This document shows, in pieces, positions 1 to 10,349 of a stretch of DNA of 60,199 nt (the first letter of the stretch is position 1; the number at the start of each line of letters is the position of its first letter). The DNA is from Actinomycetota bacterium (lineage in GTDB: Bacteria; Actinomycetota; UBA4738; HRBIN12), in contig JBJMLQ010000003.1 of NCBI GenBank assembly GCA_045805225.1, positions 1-60,199 of the forward strand, read 5' to 3'. Both the position numbers and the translations under genes were made by a program. A model generated the notes under the pieces. It was given only the letters and a program-made list of their open reading frames with translations. It was not told the DNA's origin and ran no database searches.

Positions 1-923
1 AGCACTTCGGCACGCTGATCCCCTCCAACGACAACAAGTTCGCGGCACTGAACACGGCGGTGTGGTCGGGAGGCTCGTTCATCTACGTGCCGCCGGGTGT
101 GCAGGTCGACATCCCGCTGCAGGCATACTTCCGGATCAACGCCGAGAACATGGGGCAGTTCGAGCGCACCCTGATCATCGCCGACGAGGGCAGCTACGTG
201 CATTACGTCGAGGGATGCTCCGCGCCGATCTATTCGAGCGACTCGCTGCACTCCGCGGTGGTCGAGATCAAGGCGATGAAGGGCGCACGCGTCCGCTACA
301 CGACGATCCAGAACTGGTCGACGAACGTCTACAACCTGGTGACGAAGCGGGCGGCCGCCTATGAGGACGCCGTGATGGAGTGGGTCGACGGGAACATCGG
401 GTCGAAGGTGACGATGAAGTACCCGTCGATCTACCTGCTGGGCGAGGGTGCGCGCGGCGAGGTGCTCTCGGTCGCGTACGCCGGCAAGGGGATGCACACC
501 GACGCGGGCGGCAAGGCCATCCACGCGGCGCCGCACACCACGAGCGTCATCACGTCGAAGTCCGTGTCGAAGGACGGCGGACGAACCGGCTATCGCGGCC
601 TCGTGCGGGTGGAGCCGGACGCGCATCACGCGAAGTCCAACGTGCGCTGCGACGCTTTGATCTTGGACGACGAGTCGCGTTCCGACACGTATCCCTACAT
701 CGAGGTCGAGGACGAGACGGCCTCGCTCGGCCACGAGGCAACCGTTTCGAAGGTCGGCGAAGACCAGCTCTTCTACCTGATGAGCCGTGGCCTGTCCGAG
801 GTCGAGGCGACCGCGATGATCGTCAACGGCTTCATCGAGCCGATCACGCGTGAGCTGCCGATGGAGTACGCGGTCGAGCTGAACCGCCTGGTGGAGCTTC
901 AGATGGAGGGCTCTGTCGGATGA
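1..923 (+). CDS. sufB: Fe-S cluster assembly protein SufB (C-terminal part; 5' end lies outside the window)
   Basis: The reading frame is open to the window edge (codons start at position 3). The translation [33 protein letters not shown]...[11 protein letters not shown]...CDALILDD...LFYLMSRGL matches the conserved SufB core. It has an ATGA overlap with the next gene. Confidence 0.9.
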   Translation, partial: HFGTLIPSNDNKFAALNTAVWSGGSFIYVPPGVQVDIPLQAYFRINAENMGQFERTLIIADEGSYVHYVEGCSAPIYSSDSLHSAVVEIKAMKGARVRYTTIQNWSTNVYNLVTKRAAAYEDAVMEWVDGNIGSKVTMKYPSIYLLGEGARGEVLSVAYAGKGMHTDAGGKAIHAAPHTTSVITSKSVSKDGGRTGYRGLVRVEPDAHHAKSNVRCDALILDDESRSDTYPYIEVEDETASLGHEATVSKVGEDQLFYLMSRGLSEVEATAMIVNGFIEPITRELPMEYAVELNRLVELQMEGSVG

Positions 924-2185
924 CGTTCGATCGTGCCGCGCTCGACGCGCTGCCGATCGCACCCGGGTCCACCGGCGCGATCCGCGAACGCGCCTTCGCG
1001 CAGTTCGAAGCGCTGCCGCTTCCGTCCCACGAGACGGAGGAATGGCGATACACCGACCTGTCGGCACTCGACCTCGACTTCGTCGCGCACACGCCGGGCC
1101 ACGGTGAGGGCGCGCCGGAGCCGCGGACCAACGGGCTCGCCGCGTCGCTCTTGCAGCACAACTCGAGCGTTGTGATGACCACCTCCGGCCAAGACCTCGA
1201 GGCCAAGGGCGTGATCTTCTGCGACCTGGACCTTGCCGCTGAGAAGTACGCGGACCTCGTCGACGAGCACCTGCACGCGCTCGTGCCGACGGACCGGACA
1301 TTGTTCACCGCGCTGCACGGGGCGTTCCGCACCGGCGGCACGTTCCTGTACGTGCCACCCGATGTCGCCGTCGAGATGCCGCTGCAGACGCTCACGTACC
1401 TGGACGCCGACGGCGCGGCGGTGTTCCCGCACACCGTGTTGATCGCCGACCGCGGCGCCGAGGTCACGTTCATCGATCGCTACGTCTCGCCCGACCTCGG
1501 TCGGGGCCTGTCCGATGCGATCGCGGAGATCGTGGTCGGTGACGGGGCGCACGTGCGCTACGCGTCGATCCAGGAATGGGGCACCGGCGTCACCCATCTC
1601 GGCGTCCAGCGTGCGCGTCTTGGCCGCGACGCCGAGTTCCGTTCGCTCGCTGTCGGGTTCGGTGCCTCGCTCGCGCGCGCCGAGGCCGAGACCGTCCTGG
1701 CCGAGCCCGGTGGGTTCAGCGAGATGCTCGGCGTGTTCTTCGCCGACGAGACGCAGCACTTCGACCACCGGTCGGTGCAAGACCACGCCGCGCCGAACTG
1801 CAGCAGCGATCTGCTCTACAAAGGCGCCCTCCGCGATCACAGCCGCGCCGTGTATAGCGGCTGGGTGCACGTTCGGCCCGGCGCCCAGAAGACCAACGCG
1901 ATGCAGACCTCGCGCAACATGGTTCTATCGGAGTCGGCGAAGGCCGACGCGATCCCCAACCTCGAGATCGAGGCCAACGACGTGCGCTGTGGGCACGCCG
2001 CCAGCGTGGGTCCGGTCGAGGAGGAGACGCTGTTCTATCTGCAGAGCCGTGGTATCCCGCGTGAGGAGGCCGAGCGCTTGGTCGTCACCGGCTTCTTCCA
2101 GGAGGTGCTCGACCGGGTCGCCCTCGAGGAGGTTCGCACCGGCGCAGAGCTCGCGATCCAGGAAGAGCTGGGGAAGGCGAGCTGA
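920..2185 (+). CDS. sufD: Fe-S cluster assembly protein SufD
   Basis: 421-aa ORF with a SufB/SufD-family C-terminus ([33 protein letters not shown]). It sits between sufB and sufC and is translationally coupled on both sides. Confidence 0.85.
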   Translation: MTFDRAALDALPIAPGSTGAIRERAFAQFEALPLPSHETEEWRYTDLSALDLDFVAHTPGHGEGAPEPRTNGLAASLLQHNSSVVMTTSGQDLEAKGVIFCDLDLAAEKYADLVDEHLHALVPTDRTLFTALHGAFRTGGTFLYVPPDVAVEMPLQTLTYLDADGAAVFPHTVLIADRGAEVTFIDRYVSPDLGRGLSDAIAEIVVGDGAHVRYASIQEWGTGVTHLGVQRARLGRDAEFRSLAVGFGASLARAEAETVLAEPGGFSEMLGVFFADETQHFDHRSVQDHAAPNCSSDLLYKGALRDHSRAVYSGWVHVRPGAQKTNAMQTSRNMVLSESAKADAIPNLEIEANDVRCGHAASVGPVEEETLFYLQSRGIPREEAERLVVTGFFQEVLDRVALEEVRTGAELAIQEELGKAS

Positions 2186-2499
2186 TGGGGGAGCGGCGCG
2201 TCTGCGCGGTCGACGACGTGCCGGCGGGCGAGGCTCGGCGGTTCGCCGTCGACGGCCGGGAGGTCGCCGTGGTGAACCTCGGGCAGGATGGCTTCCGAGC
2301 CGTCGACGCTGTGTGCTCGCATGAGCACTTCTTCCTCGACGAGGGAGAGGTCGACGCGGACGAGGGCACCATCGAGTGCCCGAAGCACGGGTCGCTGTTC
2401 GACCTGAACACCGGTAAGCCGATGGGGCTGCCGGCGATCAAACCGGTTGCCACGTTCCCGGTGACCGCGACCGATGACGACGTGTGGATCGAGGTGTGA
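2185..2499 (+). CDS. Rieske-type [2Fe-2S] ferredoxin (non-heme iron oxygenase ferredoxin subunit-like)
   Basis: 104 aa with Rieske ligand motifs C-S-H (AVCSHEH) and C-P-K-H (IECPKHGS). The TGATG junction links it to sufD. This position inside the suf operon is typical of actinobacteria. Confidence 0.8.
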   Translation: MGERRVCAVDDVPAGEARRFAVDGREVAVVNLGQDGFRAVDAVCSHEHFFLDEGEVDADEGTIECPKHGSLFDLNTGKPMGLPAIKPVATFPVTATDDDVWIEV

Positions 2500-2506
2500 G
2501 GACGAG

Positions 2507-3307
2507 ATGACGAACGCGACCCCCGCGACCCTGGAGGTGCGCGGGCTGCATGCGACCGTGGAGGGCAAGGAGATCCTTCGCGGCATCGACCTGACCGTGC
2601 GCCAGGGCGAGATCCACGCCCTGATGGGGCCGAACGGCTCGGGCAAGTCGACGCTGTCCAACGTGATCATGGGCAGGCCGGGCTACGCCGTGAAAGAAGG
2701 CTCCGTCGTGCTGAACGGCGAGGACATCACGGGCCTGACCGCCGACGAGCGAGCCAAGCGCGGGCTGTTCCTTGCGATGCAGTACCCGACGGAGATCCCC
2801 GGCGTGTCGGTGGTGAACTTCCTGCGGACGGCGTATCAATCCATCAAAGGCACGCAGGTCAGTGCGCTGGCGTTCCGCACGCACATGAAGACGCAGATGG
2901 AGCGGCTCGGCATCGAGGACTCGATGGTGCAGCGCTACGTGAACCAAGGCTTCTCCGGGGGCGAGAAGAAGCGCAACGAGGTGCTGCAGCTGGCGGTGCT
3001 CGAGCCGGAGATCGCGCTGCTCGACGAGACCGACTCGGGCCTGGACATCGACTCGCTCAAGCTCGTGGCCGAGTCGGTGAACGACCTGGCGGGACCGGAG
3101 CTCGGCGTGCTGATCATCACGCACTACCAGCGGATGCTGAACTACATCACGCCGCAGTTCGTGCACGTGATGATGCTCGGCAAGATCGTGAAGTCGGGCG
3201 GCCCGGAGCTCGCGCATCAACTCGAGGACACCGGGTACGAAGGGATCCGCCGGGAGCTCGGGTTGGAGGAGACCGCCGCGCACGACGAGGAGACTGCGAG
3301 CGCATGA
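2507..3307 (+). CDS. sufC: Fe-S cluster assembly ATPase SufC
   Basis: Walker A GPNGSGKST, ABC signature FSGGEKKR and Walker B LLDETDSGLD are present. I chose the ATG at 2507 (MTNATPATLEV) behind a GAGG-like RBS instead of the upstream ATG at 2474. Confidence 0.9.
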   Translation: MTNATPATLEVRGLHATVEGKEILRGIDLTVRQGEIHALMGPNGSGKSTLSNVIMGRPGYAVKEGSVVLNGEDITGLTADERAKRGLFLAMQYPTEIPGVSVVNFLRTAYQSIKGTQVSALAFRTHMKTQMERLGIEDSMVQRYVNQGFSGGEKKRNEVLQLAVLEPEIALLDETDSGLDIDSLKLVAESVNDLAGPELGVLIITHYQRMLNYITPQFVHVMMLGKIVKSGGPELAHQLEDTGYEGIRRELGLEETAAHDEETASA

Positions 3308-4530
3308 CGTTCGACCTCGAGGCGATCCGGGGGGACTTCCCGATCCTGTCGCGGGAGATCAACGGGCGGCCCTTGGTGTACCTCGACTCCGCGGCCACCT
3401 CGCACAAGCCGCAGGCGGTCATCGACGCCGAGCTCGACTTCTACCGGCTGCACAACGCGAACGCGCACCGAGGCATCTACACCCTCGCCGAAGAGGCGAC
3501 CGAGCTGTTCGAGGGCGCCCGCGCGACGATCGCCGGGTTCCTGGGCGCGCCGTCGCCGGAAACGATCGTGTTCACGCGCGGGACGACCGAGTCGATCAAC
3601 CTCGTGGCCCACGGGTGGGGCCGGAAGTTCCTGACCGCCGGCGACGAGATCCTGCTCACCGACATGGAGCATCACTCGAACATCGTGCCGTGGCAGTTCA
3701 CGGCGGCGGCGACGGGGGCGACGCTTCGCTACATCCCGCTCACCGACGACGGCCTGCTCGACCTGTCCGGTCTGGACTCGCTCCTGACCGAGCGGACGAA
3801 GATCCTCGCGGTGACGGGGATGTCGAACGCGCTCGGCACGTTCCCGCCGCTCCGCGATCTGATCGATGCGGCGCACGCCGTGGGCGCGATCGTGCTTGTC
3901 GACGGCGCGCAGTTCGTGCCGCACCACGCGGTGGACGTCGAAGATCTCGACTGCGACTTCCTCACGTTCTCGGGGCACAAGATGCTTGGGCCGACGGCGT
4001 CCGGCGGCCTCTACGGCCGGCCCGAGCTGCTGGACGCGATGGATCCGTTCCTCGGCGGCGGCGAGATGATCCTCGAGGTCCATCACGATCGCTCGACCTT
4101 CAAGGAGCCTCCGTACAAGTTCGAGGCCGGCACGATGAACCTCGCGCAGCAGGTCGGGCTGGGGGCGGCGGTGCGCTACCTGGAGGGCGTCGGGATGGAC
4201 GAGATCCGGCGCCACGAGGAGGAGCTGACCGCCTACGCGATCGACGGGCTGCTCGAGGCGGGCGCTCGCATCATCGGGCCGAAGGATGTCGGCGTCCGCG
4301 GTGGCGAGATCTCGTTCTGGTACCGCGACGTGCACCCCCACGACGTCGCGACGATCCTGTCGGAGGAGGGCGTCGCCGTCCGGGCGGGTCACCATTGCGC
4401 GCAGCTGGTGATGCGCCGGTTCGAGGTGCCCGCCACCACGCGCGCGTCGCTGTACCTGTACAACACCAAGCAGGACGTGGACGCCTTGCTCGACGGGCTC
4501 GAGCGGGCGGGGGCGATCTTCGCGCTCTAA
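3304..4530 (+). CDS. sufS: Cysteine desulfurase SufS (class V aminotransferase, group II)
   Basis: 408 aa with an intact PLP-lysine motif FSGHKMLGPT and catalytic Cys loop RAGHHCAQ. It has an ATGA overlap with sufC. Confidence 0.9.
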   Translation: MTFDLEAIRGDFPILSREINGRPLVYLDSAATSHKPQAVIDAELDFYRLHNANAHRGIYTLAEEATELFEGARATIAGFLGAPSPETIVFTRGTTESINLVAHGWGRKFLTAGDEILLTDMEHHSNIVPWQFTAAATGATLRYIPLTDDGLLDLSGLDSLLTERTKILAVTGMSNALGTFPPLRDLIDAAHAVGAIVLVDGAQFVPHHAVDVEDLDCDFLTFSGHKMLGPTASGGLYGRPELLDAMDPFLGGGEMILEVHHDRSTFKEPPYKFEAGTMNLAQQVGLGAAVRYLEGVGMDEIRRHEEELTAYAIDGLLEAGARIIGPKDVGVRGGEISFWYRDVHPHDVATILSEEGVAVRAGHHCAQLVMRRFEVPATTRASLYLYNTKQDVDALLDGLERAGAIFAL

Positions 4531-4560
4531 GCTGAGCGGCACACGAGGGAAGGGCACGCG

Positions 4561-5010
4561 GTGGCGCTGGACGACATCTACAAGGAAGTGATCCTCGATC
4601 ACTACAAGAGCCCGCGGAACAAGCGCGAGCTCCCCGGCGCGACGGCGACGTGCAGCCGGAACAACCCTCTGTGCGGCGACGAGATCGAGGTCGCGGTCAC
4701 CGTCGACGACGGGATCGTGACGGCGGCGACGTTCCAAGGCGCCGGGTGCTCGATCTCGCAGAGCTCCGCCTCGATGATGACCGAGGCCGTCACGGGCAGG
4801 AAGGTCGACGACGCGCTGGGCCTCGCCGGTTCCTTCCGCGGGATGATGGCCGGCGAGGTCGAGCCCGACGAGGACACGTTCGGCGATCTCGTCGCGCTGA
4901 AGGGCGTCGTCAAATACCCGATCCGCATCAAGTGCGCGGTCCTGGCCTGGGACGTCTTGCAGGACGCGTTGCAGGGCGACGGCGCCGCGTCCGGCGCGCA
5001 CGCGCACTGA
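4561..5010 (+). CDS. sufU: SUF-system NifU-family scaffold/sulfur-transfer protein SufU
   Basis: 149 aa with a GTG start. The three conserved Cys are present (NPLCGDE, GAGCSIS, IKCAVLAW) in the typical SufU/IscU N-terminal-domain pattern. Confidence 0.85.
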   Translation: MALDDIYKEVILDHYKSPRNKRELPGATATCSRNNPLCGDEIEVAVTVDDGIVTAATFQGAGCSISQSSASMMTEAVTGRKVDDALGLAGSFRGMMAGEVEPDEDTFGDLVALKGVVKYPIRIKCAVLAWDVLQDALQGDGAASGAHAH

Positions 5011-5054
5011 CACCGTTCCGCCTTTGCGCGCGAGCGTCGCATAGGCTTCGGCCC

Positions 5055-6881
5055 GTGCGTCGCGCCATCGCCTCCGTCGTGCTCGTCCTCGCCGCCACGT
5101 CGCTTGCCGTCCTGGCCGGCGTGAGGCCGGCCGCCGCGGGCTCGTTCGAGACGATCCGAAGTTACGACGTCGACATCACGATGCAGCCGAACGGGGACCT
5201 CGCCGTCGTCGAGACGATCGTGTACGACTTCGGTCCGGAGCAGCGTCATGGCATCTTCCGCGACATCCCGACGCGGCTGCACTACGACGACACGTACGAC
5301 CGCGTGACGCCGCTGCGCGTCGACAGCGTGACGGAGTCCGGCACGCCGGCGCAGTACTCGATCGAGGACGCCGGCGACGGGAAGAGCGAGATCAAGATCG
5401 GGAACCCCGATCAGCTCATCACCGGCGTGCACGAGTACCGCATCGCCTACACGGTGCAAGGGGCGATGAACAGTTTCCCCAACCGTGACGAGCTGTACTG
5501 GAACGCGATCGGCGACGAGTGGGACGTGACCATCCAGCGGGCGACCGTGCGCGTGTCGACGCCGGGACGCATCACCGGCGTCGCGTGTTTCCAGGGCCAG
5601 CAGGGGTCGAGCGATCGGTGCGGCGCGTCGGCCTACCAAGGCGGGGTCGCGCGGTTCGCGGAGGCGCAGATCTTCCCTTCCCAGGGGCTCACGGTCGTCG
5701 TCGGGGTGGAGAAGGGCGCCGTGACGGTGCAGCCGCCGATCCTGCAGGAGCGCTGGAGCGCGATGCGGGCGTTCGCCATCACGCCCGTGACGGGGTCGGC
5801 GGCCGGAGCGCTCGCGATCGCCGGCATCGCCGGGTTCGGGTTCTTTGCCTGGACGCGCGGCCGCGACCGGCGCTACCGGGGCTCGCAGGTCGATCAGGTG
5901 ATGGGCAACCCCCACGGCGACTCCGAGCCGGTCCCGATCGGTGACGCCGACGCCGAGGGGCCGGTGGAGTTCGCGCCGCCCGACGGCATCCGTCCCGGTC
6001 AGATCGGGACGCTGGTCGACGAGCGCGCGAACACCCTCGACGTGAGTGCGACCATCGTGGATCTCGCGGTCCGCGGATCCCTGCAGATCCACGAGATCCC
6101 GAAGGAAGGGTTCTTCGGGAAGCCGGACTGGCGGCTGGTGCGTTCGGAGGCCGACGACGCGGCGCTCCTGCCGTACGAGCGGATGCTGCTGGAGGGATTG
6201 TTCCGCGACGGGAACGAGACGACGCTGTCGGCCCTGCGGACGTCCTTCGCGGATCGCCTCGCCAAGGTCGAGGACAGCCTGTACGCCGACGCGCACGATC
6301 AGGGCTGGTTCGTGATGCGCCCCGATCGCGTCCGGCTCAGGTGGCGGCTGCTCGGCTTCGGCCTGACGGTGCTCGGCATCGCGGCCACGGTGGCGCTCGC
6401 GGCGACCACCCATCTGGGGCTGATCGGTCTGGCGGCGCTGGTCGTGGGGCTCGTCTTCTGGTTCGGCGCGGGCCGGATGCCCGCGCGAACGGCGAAGGGG
6501 ACCGCGATGCTGCGGCGGGTTCGCGGCTACCGCCGTGTGATCGACACGGCGGACCGCTACATGGCCCGCTGGGCCGAGCAGGAGCAGGAGTTCCCGAAGA
6601 TGCTGCCGTACGCGATCGTGTTCGGGCTCACCGACCGGTGGGCGCACACCTTCCAAGCGCTCGCGGCCGAAGCCCCAGCCGGGACCGCGCCGATCATCAT
6701 CCCGTGGTACGTCTCGGCCGGCGCGTTCTCCGCCGACGGGTTCGCGCACGCGATCGACGGGTTCACCGTGGCGACGAGCGGCACGATGACGGCGACGCCC
6801 GCGGGGTCGGGCACCAGCGGCTTCGGCGGCGGCGGGTTCTCTGGCGGCGGCTTCGGCGGCGGCGGCGGCGGGTCGTGGTGA
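5055..6881 (+). CDS. DUF2207-family membrane protein
   Basis: GTG start at 5055 followed by a signal/TM segment (RRAIASVVLVLAATSLAVLAGVRPAAA). It has an extracellular N-domain, internal TM helices and the characteristic C-terminal Gly-rich tail (GSGTSGFGGGGFSGGGFGGGGGGSW). The longer 4650 ORF start overlaps sufU and is not credible. Confidence 0.7.
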   Translation: MRRAIASVVLVLAATSLAVLAGVRPAAAGSFETIRSYDVDITMQPNGDLAVVETIVYDFGPEQRHGIFRDIPTRLHYDDTYDRVTPLRVDSVTESGTPAQYSIEDAGDGKSEIKIGNPDQLITGVHEYRIAYTVQGAMNSFPNRDELYWNAIGDEWDVTIQRATVRVSTPGRITGVACFQGQQGSSDRCGASAYQGGVARFAEAQIFPSQGLTVVVGVEKGAVTVQPPILQERWSAMRAFAITPVTGSAAGALAIAGIAGFGFFAWTRGRDRRYRGSQVDQVMGNPHGDSEPVPIGDADAEGPVEFAPPDGIRPGQIGTLVDERANTLDVSATIVDLAVRGSLQIHEIPKEGFFGKPDWRLVRSEADDAALLPYERMLLEGLFRDGNETTLSALRTSFADRLAKVEDSLYADAHDQGWFVMRPDRVRLRWRLLGFGLTVLGIAATVALAATTHLGLIGLAALVVGLVFWFGAGRMPARTAKGTAMLRRVRGYRRVIDTADRYMARWAEQEQEFPKMLPYAIVFGLTDRWAHTFQALAAEAPAGTAPIIIPWYVSAGAFSADGFAHAIDGFTVATSGTMTATPAGSGTSGFGGGGFSGGGFGGGGGGSW

Positions 6882-7909
6882 CGGCGTCCGGTCCGTCGCA
6901 TGTGGGGTCCGTCCGGATCGTCTTCTCCGAGGATCCTCGTGAATTCCAGCGCCGCAACTGGTCCGGGCTGGTGCACGAGGACCCCGCAGGCACGTTCTTC
7001 CACCAGCCGTCGTTCCTGAAGCTGTATTGGGAGGAGTTCGGCGAGGACGCCGACGGGCTGCTGCTCGCCTTCGGCGAGGACGATGCAGGCGAACAGGTGG
7101 CCGCGGTCGGCTTCGAACGCAGCGGCACGGTGCTCCGGTTCCTCGGGGGCGTCGAGATCACCGACTACCTGGGGCCGGTCGCGAGAGCCGACGTGAAGGA
7201 GGCGTTCGCCGCGGCCTTGTGGGACGCGTTGCTCGCGCGCGAGGACTGGGCCACCGCGGACCTGTGGGGGATCGCCGAGGACAGTGGCTGGTACGGGCTG
7301 CTCGCCGACGCCGCCACGGAGCGAGGCCTTTCCGTCGAGGAGGCACCCGACCATGACGGGCTCGCGCCCTACCTTGAGCTCCCGCCGACGTGGGACGGCT
7401 ATCTCGAGGGCCTGCCGGCCAAACTGCGACACGAGATCCGCCGCAAGGCGAAGAAGCTCGAGTCCGAGGCCGGGCCGGTGTCGATCGTCACGGCCGGCAC
7501 GCAGGATCTCGCCGCGTTGCTCGACCGCTTCGTCGAGCTCCACCACCTGAGCGCGGGGCCGAAGGGCGTGTTCATGGTGCCGGGCATGGAGATCTTCTTC
7601 CGCCGGCTCGGCGAGGCGTTCCTGTCCTCAGGAGCGTTCCGGTTGAACTTCATCGAGGTGGGCGGGTCGCTCGCCGCCGGCACGATCGGGTTCCGGTGGG
7701 GCGATCGTTCCTACCTCTATAACTCGGCGTTCGACCGGTCCTGGGGCGCGCTCGCGCCCGGGATGGTGCTCGTCGGCGAGGACATCCGGCTCGCGATCGA
7801 GGACGGCGCCGCCGGCTTCGACCTGCTCAAGGGCGACTATGCGTACAAGTACCGGTTCGGCGCCGTGGCCAGACGGGTGCTTCGGATGGTCGTGCGCCGC
7901 TCGCCCTAG
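6878..7909 (+). CDS. GNAT-family acetyltransferase, CelD/BioF2-like (Acetyltransf_6-type)
   Basis: GTG at 6878 overlaps the DUF2207 stop (GTGA). The translation (FFHQPSFLKLYWEEFG...RLNFIEVGGSLAAGTIGFRWGDRSYLYNSAFD...FDLLKGDYAYKYRFG) resembles CelD/FemAB-like GNAT proteins. Confidence 0.65.
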   Translation: MTASGPSHVGSVRIVFSEDPREFQRRNWSGLVHEDPAGTFFHQPSFLKLYWEEFGEDADGLLLAFGEDDAGEQVAAVGFERSGTVLRFLGGVEITDYLGPVARADVKEAFAAALWDALLAREDWATADLWGIAEDSGWYGLLADAATERGLSVEEAPDHDGLAPYLELPPTWDGYLEGLPAKLRHEIRRKAKKLESEAGPVSIVTAGTQDLAALLDRFVELHHLSAGPKGVFMVPGMEIFFRRLGEAFLSSGAFRLNFIEVGGSLAAGTIGFRWGDRSYLYNSAFDRSWGALAPGMVLVGEDIRLAIEDGAAGFDLLKGDYAYKYRFGAVARRVLRMVVRRSP

Positions 7910-8748
7910 ACGTAGGCGCGCATCGTCCGCAGCACGAGTTCGGCGATCGCGGTGTCGCCGCCGAGCACCAGGATGCCCGACTCGAGCAGGGCGTCAGGGT
8001 CGATCCGCTTGCCGGCCACGAGCGCGAGCTGCGGCGCCCGCCCCACGATCGACGCATCGGCGTGCGCGCTCGGGCCGGGCACCTCGCCGGCGCCGAGGCC
8101 CCAATGCCACTCGCCCTGGCCGGGACCGTCGACCTCGATCTTGACGGACCGGCCGGACAGGTCGTGGCCGGCCTCGGCCAGCGTCCACGGAAGCATCCGC
8201 ACGCCGAGGTCGATCGTGAGGTGTACCGGCCAGTGTTGCCACCCGAACTGCCATCCGGGCGCGACACCGTTGGTCGCGCGCATGTCCTCTCCGTGGAGGA
8301 ACCACTCGACGACCCGCGCCTGCACGAGGTAGGTGACCGCGATGTCGCCCGCGAGCCACGGGAACCGCGCGTCGCGCCACGCGTCGTCGCTCAATCGCGC
8401 GGCGTGCTCCAGGAGCGACTCGGCGGCCGTCCCCCACGTGTCGATAAGGGCGCGCGTCTGCATCTCGGCACGCCGGTTCACGGTCCACGCGTTCCACTCG
8501 TCGGTCACGAAGCCGCGACCGTTCAGCTGCGCCCGGAACTCGTCGAGCTCCTGCGCCGGCTCGCCGGCGACGAGCTGCGCGGCGGCGGTGTCGGCCGCTG
8601 CGAGGTGGGCCATGACGTCTCGGTTCCACCAACCTGGGGCCGCGCTCGGCTTGTCCCAGGTGTCGGGCTCCGCGAACTGGATCATGCGGCCCAGTCGCTG
8701 ACGCTCGCCATGCGCGATGCCTACCAGGTCTTCTCGGCTGATCGTCAC
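7906..8748 (-). CDS. Maleylpyruvate isomerase-family mycothiol-dependent enzyme (DinB/MDMPI fold)
   Basis: Only the C-terminal 280 codons of the 600-aa ORF look protein-like (VTISREDLVGIAHGERQRLGRMIQ...WNRDVMAHLAAAD...). A GTG at 8748 is in frame. The upstream part is Arg/Pro/Ser-rich shadow sequence opposite the glycerate kinase gene. Confidence 0.6.
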   Translation of the reverse strand: MTISREDLVGIAHGERQRLGRMIQFAEPDTWDKPSAAPGWWNRDVMAHLAAADTAAAQLVAGEPAQELDEFRAQLNGRGFVTDEWNAWTVNRRAEMQTRALIDTWGTAAESLLEHAARLSDDAWRDARFPWLAGDIAVTYLVQARVVEWFLHGEDMRATNGVAPGWQFGWQHWPVHLTIDLGVRMLPWTLAEAGHDLSGRSVKIEVDGPGQGEWHWGLGAGEVPGPSAHADASIVGRAPQLALVAGKRIDPDALLESGILVLGGDTAIAELVLRTMRAYV

Positions 8749-8800
8749 GTGCCGCGTGCGCCTTCCCGCTCGGTTCGGGGCGGATTGTACAGTCGCCGCC

Positions 8801-9940
8801 ATGCGCGTCCTGGTGTGTCCCGACAAGTTCCGCGGCACCCTCACCGCGCGGGAAGCGGGGGACGCCGTCGCGCGAGGATGGCGCCGTGTGCGGCCGGGCG
8901 ACGACGTCGAGGTGCTCCCGCTCGCCGACGGCGGCGAGGGCACGCTGGATGCGCTCGCGCCGCCCGGCGACCCGGATGCGATCCGTTGGACGCGACGCGT
9001 CACCGGCCCGCTCGGCGACCCCGTCGACGCGGACTTCGGGCTTCGCGACGGGACGGCTGTGATCGAGATGGCGCGTGCCTCCGGGCTCGGCCTCGTGCCC
9101 GCCGAGCGCCGGGCACCGTTTCGAACGACGACACGAGGCACGGGCGAGCTGATGGCAGCCGCGCTCGACGCGGGCGCGCGGCGCCTGCTCGTGTGCCTCG
9201 GCGGCTCGGCGACCAACGACGGCGGCGTCGGGATGGCCGCGGCCCTGGGCGGGCGGTTCCTCGACGCCGACGGTGCGCCGATCGGCGAGGGTGGTGGCGC
9301 TCTCGTCCGCCTGGCCCGCGTTGACATCCGCGCCGTGGTGGAGCGGCTCCGCGCGGCCGAGGTCATCGGGGTGACCGACGTCGACAACCCCTTGTGCGGA
9401 CCGGCGGGCGCGAGCGCCGTGTTCGGGCCGCAGAAGGGCGCCTCCGCCGACGACGTCGTCGTGCTGGACCGAGCGCTCGGGCACCTGGCCGCCGTGGCCG
9501 CCCGCGACCTCGGCGCCGATCGGTCGCGGGAGGCCGGCGCGGGCGCCGCCGGCGGTCTGGGATTCGGCCTCATGGCGTTCACGGGGGCTCGGCTCCGTCG
9601 CGGGGTCGAGGTCGTCATGGACGCCGTGGGGTTCGCCGCCCGGCTGGCCTCGACGTCGCTCGTTATCACGGGGGAGGGGTCCTTCGATGCCGGGTCGCTC
9701 CGCGGCAAGGTGCCGGCCGGCGTCCTGGAGGCGTGCGCGGTCGCCGGTGTTCCGGTGGCGATCCTCTGTGGCGTGGCCAGCGCGGATGCCCCGGGCGCGG
9801 TCCTTCGGTCGCTCGTCGACCTCGTGGGATCGGAGGCGGCGCTCGCCGACGCCGCCGGCTCGCTGCAACGGGCCGCCGAGGCGCTGGCCGGCGATCCGGC
9901 GGCCTTGCGCGGCTCGGACGACCGGTCGCCAGGCGGATGA
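8801..9940 (+). CDS. Glycerate kinase
   Basis: Starts at ATG 8801. MRVLVCPDKFRGTLTAREAG...LADGGEGTLDAL...GSATNDGGVGMAAALG...ITGEGSFDAGSLRGKVP is the typical glycerate kinase (GlxK/GarK) pattern. Confidence 0.8.
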   Translation: MRVLVCPDKFRGTLTAREAGDAVARGWRRVRPGDDVEVLPLADGGEGTLDALAPPGDPDAIRWTRRVTGPLGDPVDADFGLRDGTAVIEMARASGLGLVPAERRAPFRTTTRGTGELMAAALDAGARRLLVCLGGSATNDGGVGMAAALGGRFLDADGAPIGEGGGALVRLARVDIRAVVERLRAAEVIGVTDVDNPLCGPAGASAVFGPQKGASADDVVVLDRALGHLAAVAARDLGADRSREAGAGAAGGLGFGLMAFTGARLRRGVEVVMDAVGFAARLASTSLVITGEGSFDAGSLRGKVPAGVLEACAVAGVPVAILCGVASADAPGAVLRSLVDLVGSEAALADAAGSLQRAAEALAGDPAALRGSDDRSPGG

Positions 9941-10027
9941 AGGCCGCCACCGAACCCGACCCCGCAGGTAGGGTTCGGGCGCGTGGCCGGTTACAATCTG
10001 TCGAGTAGGAATCCGGACGGAGGACCG

Positions 10028-10348
10028 ATGCTGACTATCACCCCGATCGCTGCGACCAAGGTGAAGGAACTCCTGGCGGAGGAGGGCCGAGACGACATCG
10101 CGCTGCGGGTCGCCGTCTCACCCGGCGGCTGCTCCGGCCTCCGCTACGCGATGTACCTCGACGACCAGACCTCCGACAAGGACGCGGTCGGCGAGCAGCA
10201 CGGCGTTCGCGTCGTGATCGACAAGATGTCGGTGCCGTACCTGTCCCAGGCGACGGTGGACTTCGTCGACTCGCTGGAGCAGACCGGCTTCACGATCGAC
10301 AACCCCGCGGCACAGGGCGGCTGCGCGTGCGGCAACTCGTTCCACTGA
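10028..10348 (+). CDS. HesB/IscA/ErpA-family iron-sulfur cluster insertion protein
   Basis: GGAGGA RBS upstream of ATG 10028. MLTITPIAATKVKELL...SPGGCSGLRY...C-terminal GGCACGNSF shows the three conserved Cys of A-type carriers. Confidence 0.85.
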   Translation: MLTITPIAATKVKELLAEEGRDDIALRVAVSPGGCSGLRYAMYLDDQTSDKDAVGEQHGVRVVIDKMSVPYLSQATVDFVDSLEQTGFTIDNPAAQGGCACGNSFH

Positions 10349-10349
10349 G

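Noticed and set aside
3217-6749. Long minus-strand ORFs (3217-5013, 598 aa; 4602-6749, 715 aa)
   Set aside because: They are antisense to sufS, sufU and the DUF2207 gene. They have Arg/Pro/Gly-dominated composition and no motifs, while the plus-strand products carry clear family signatures.
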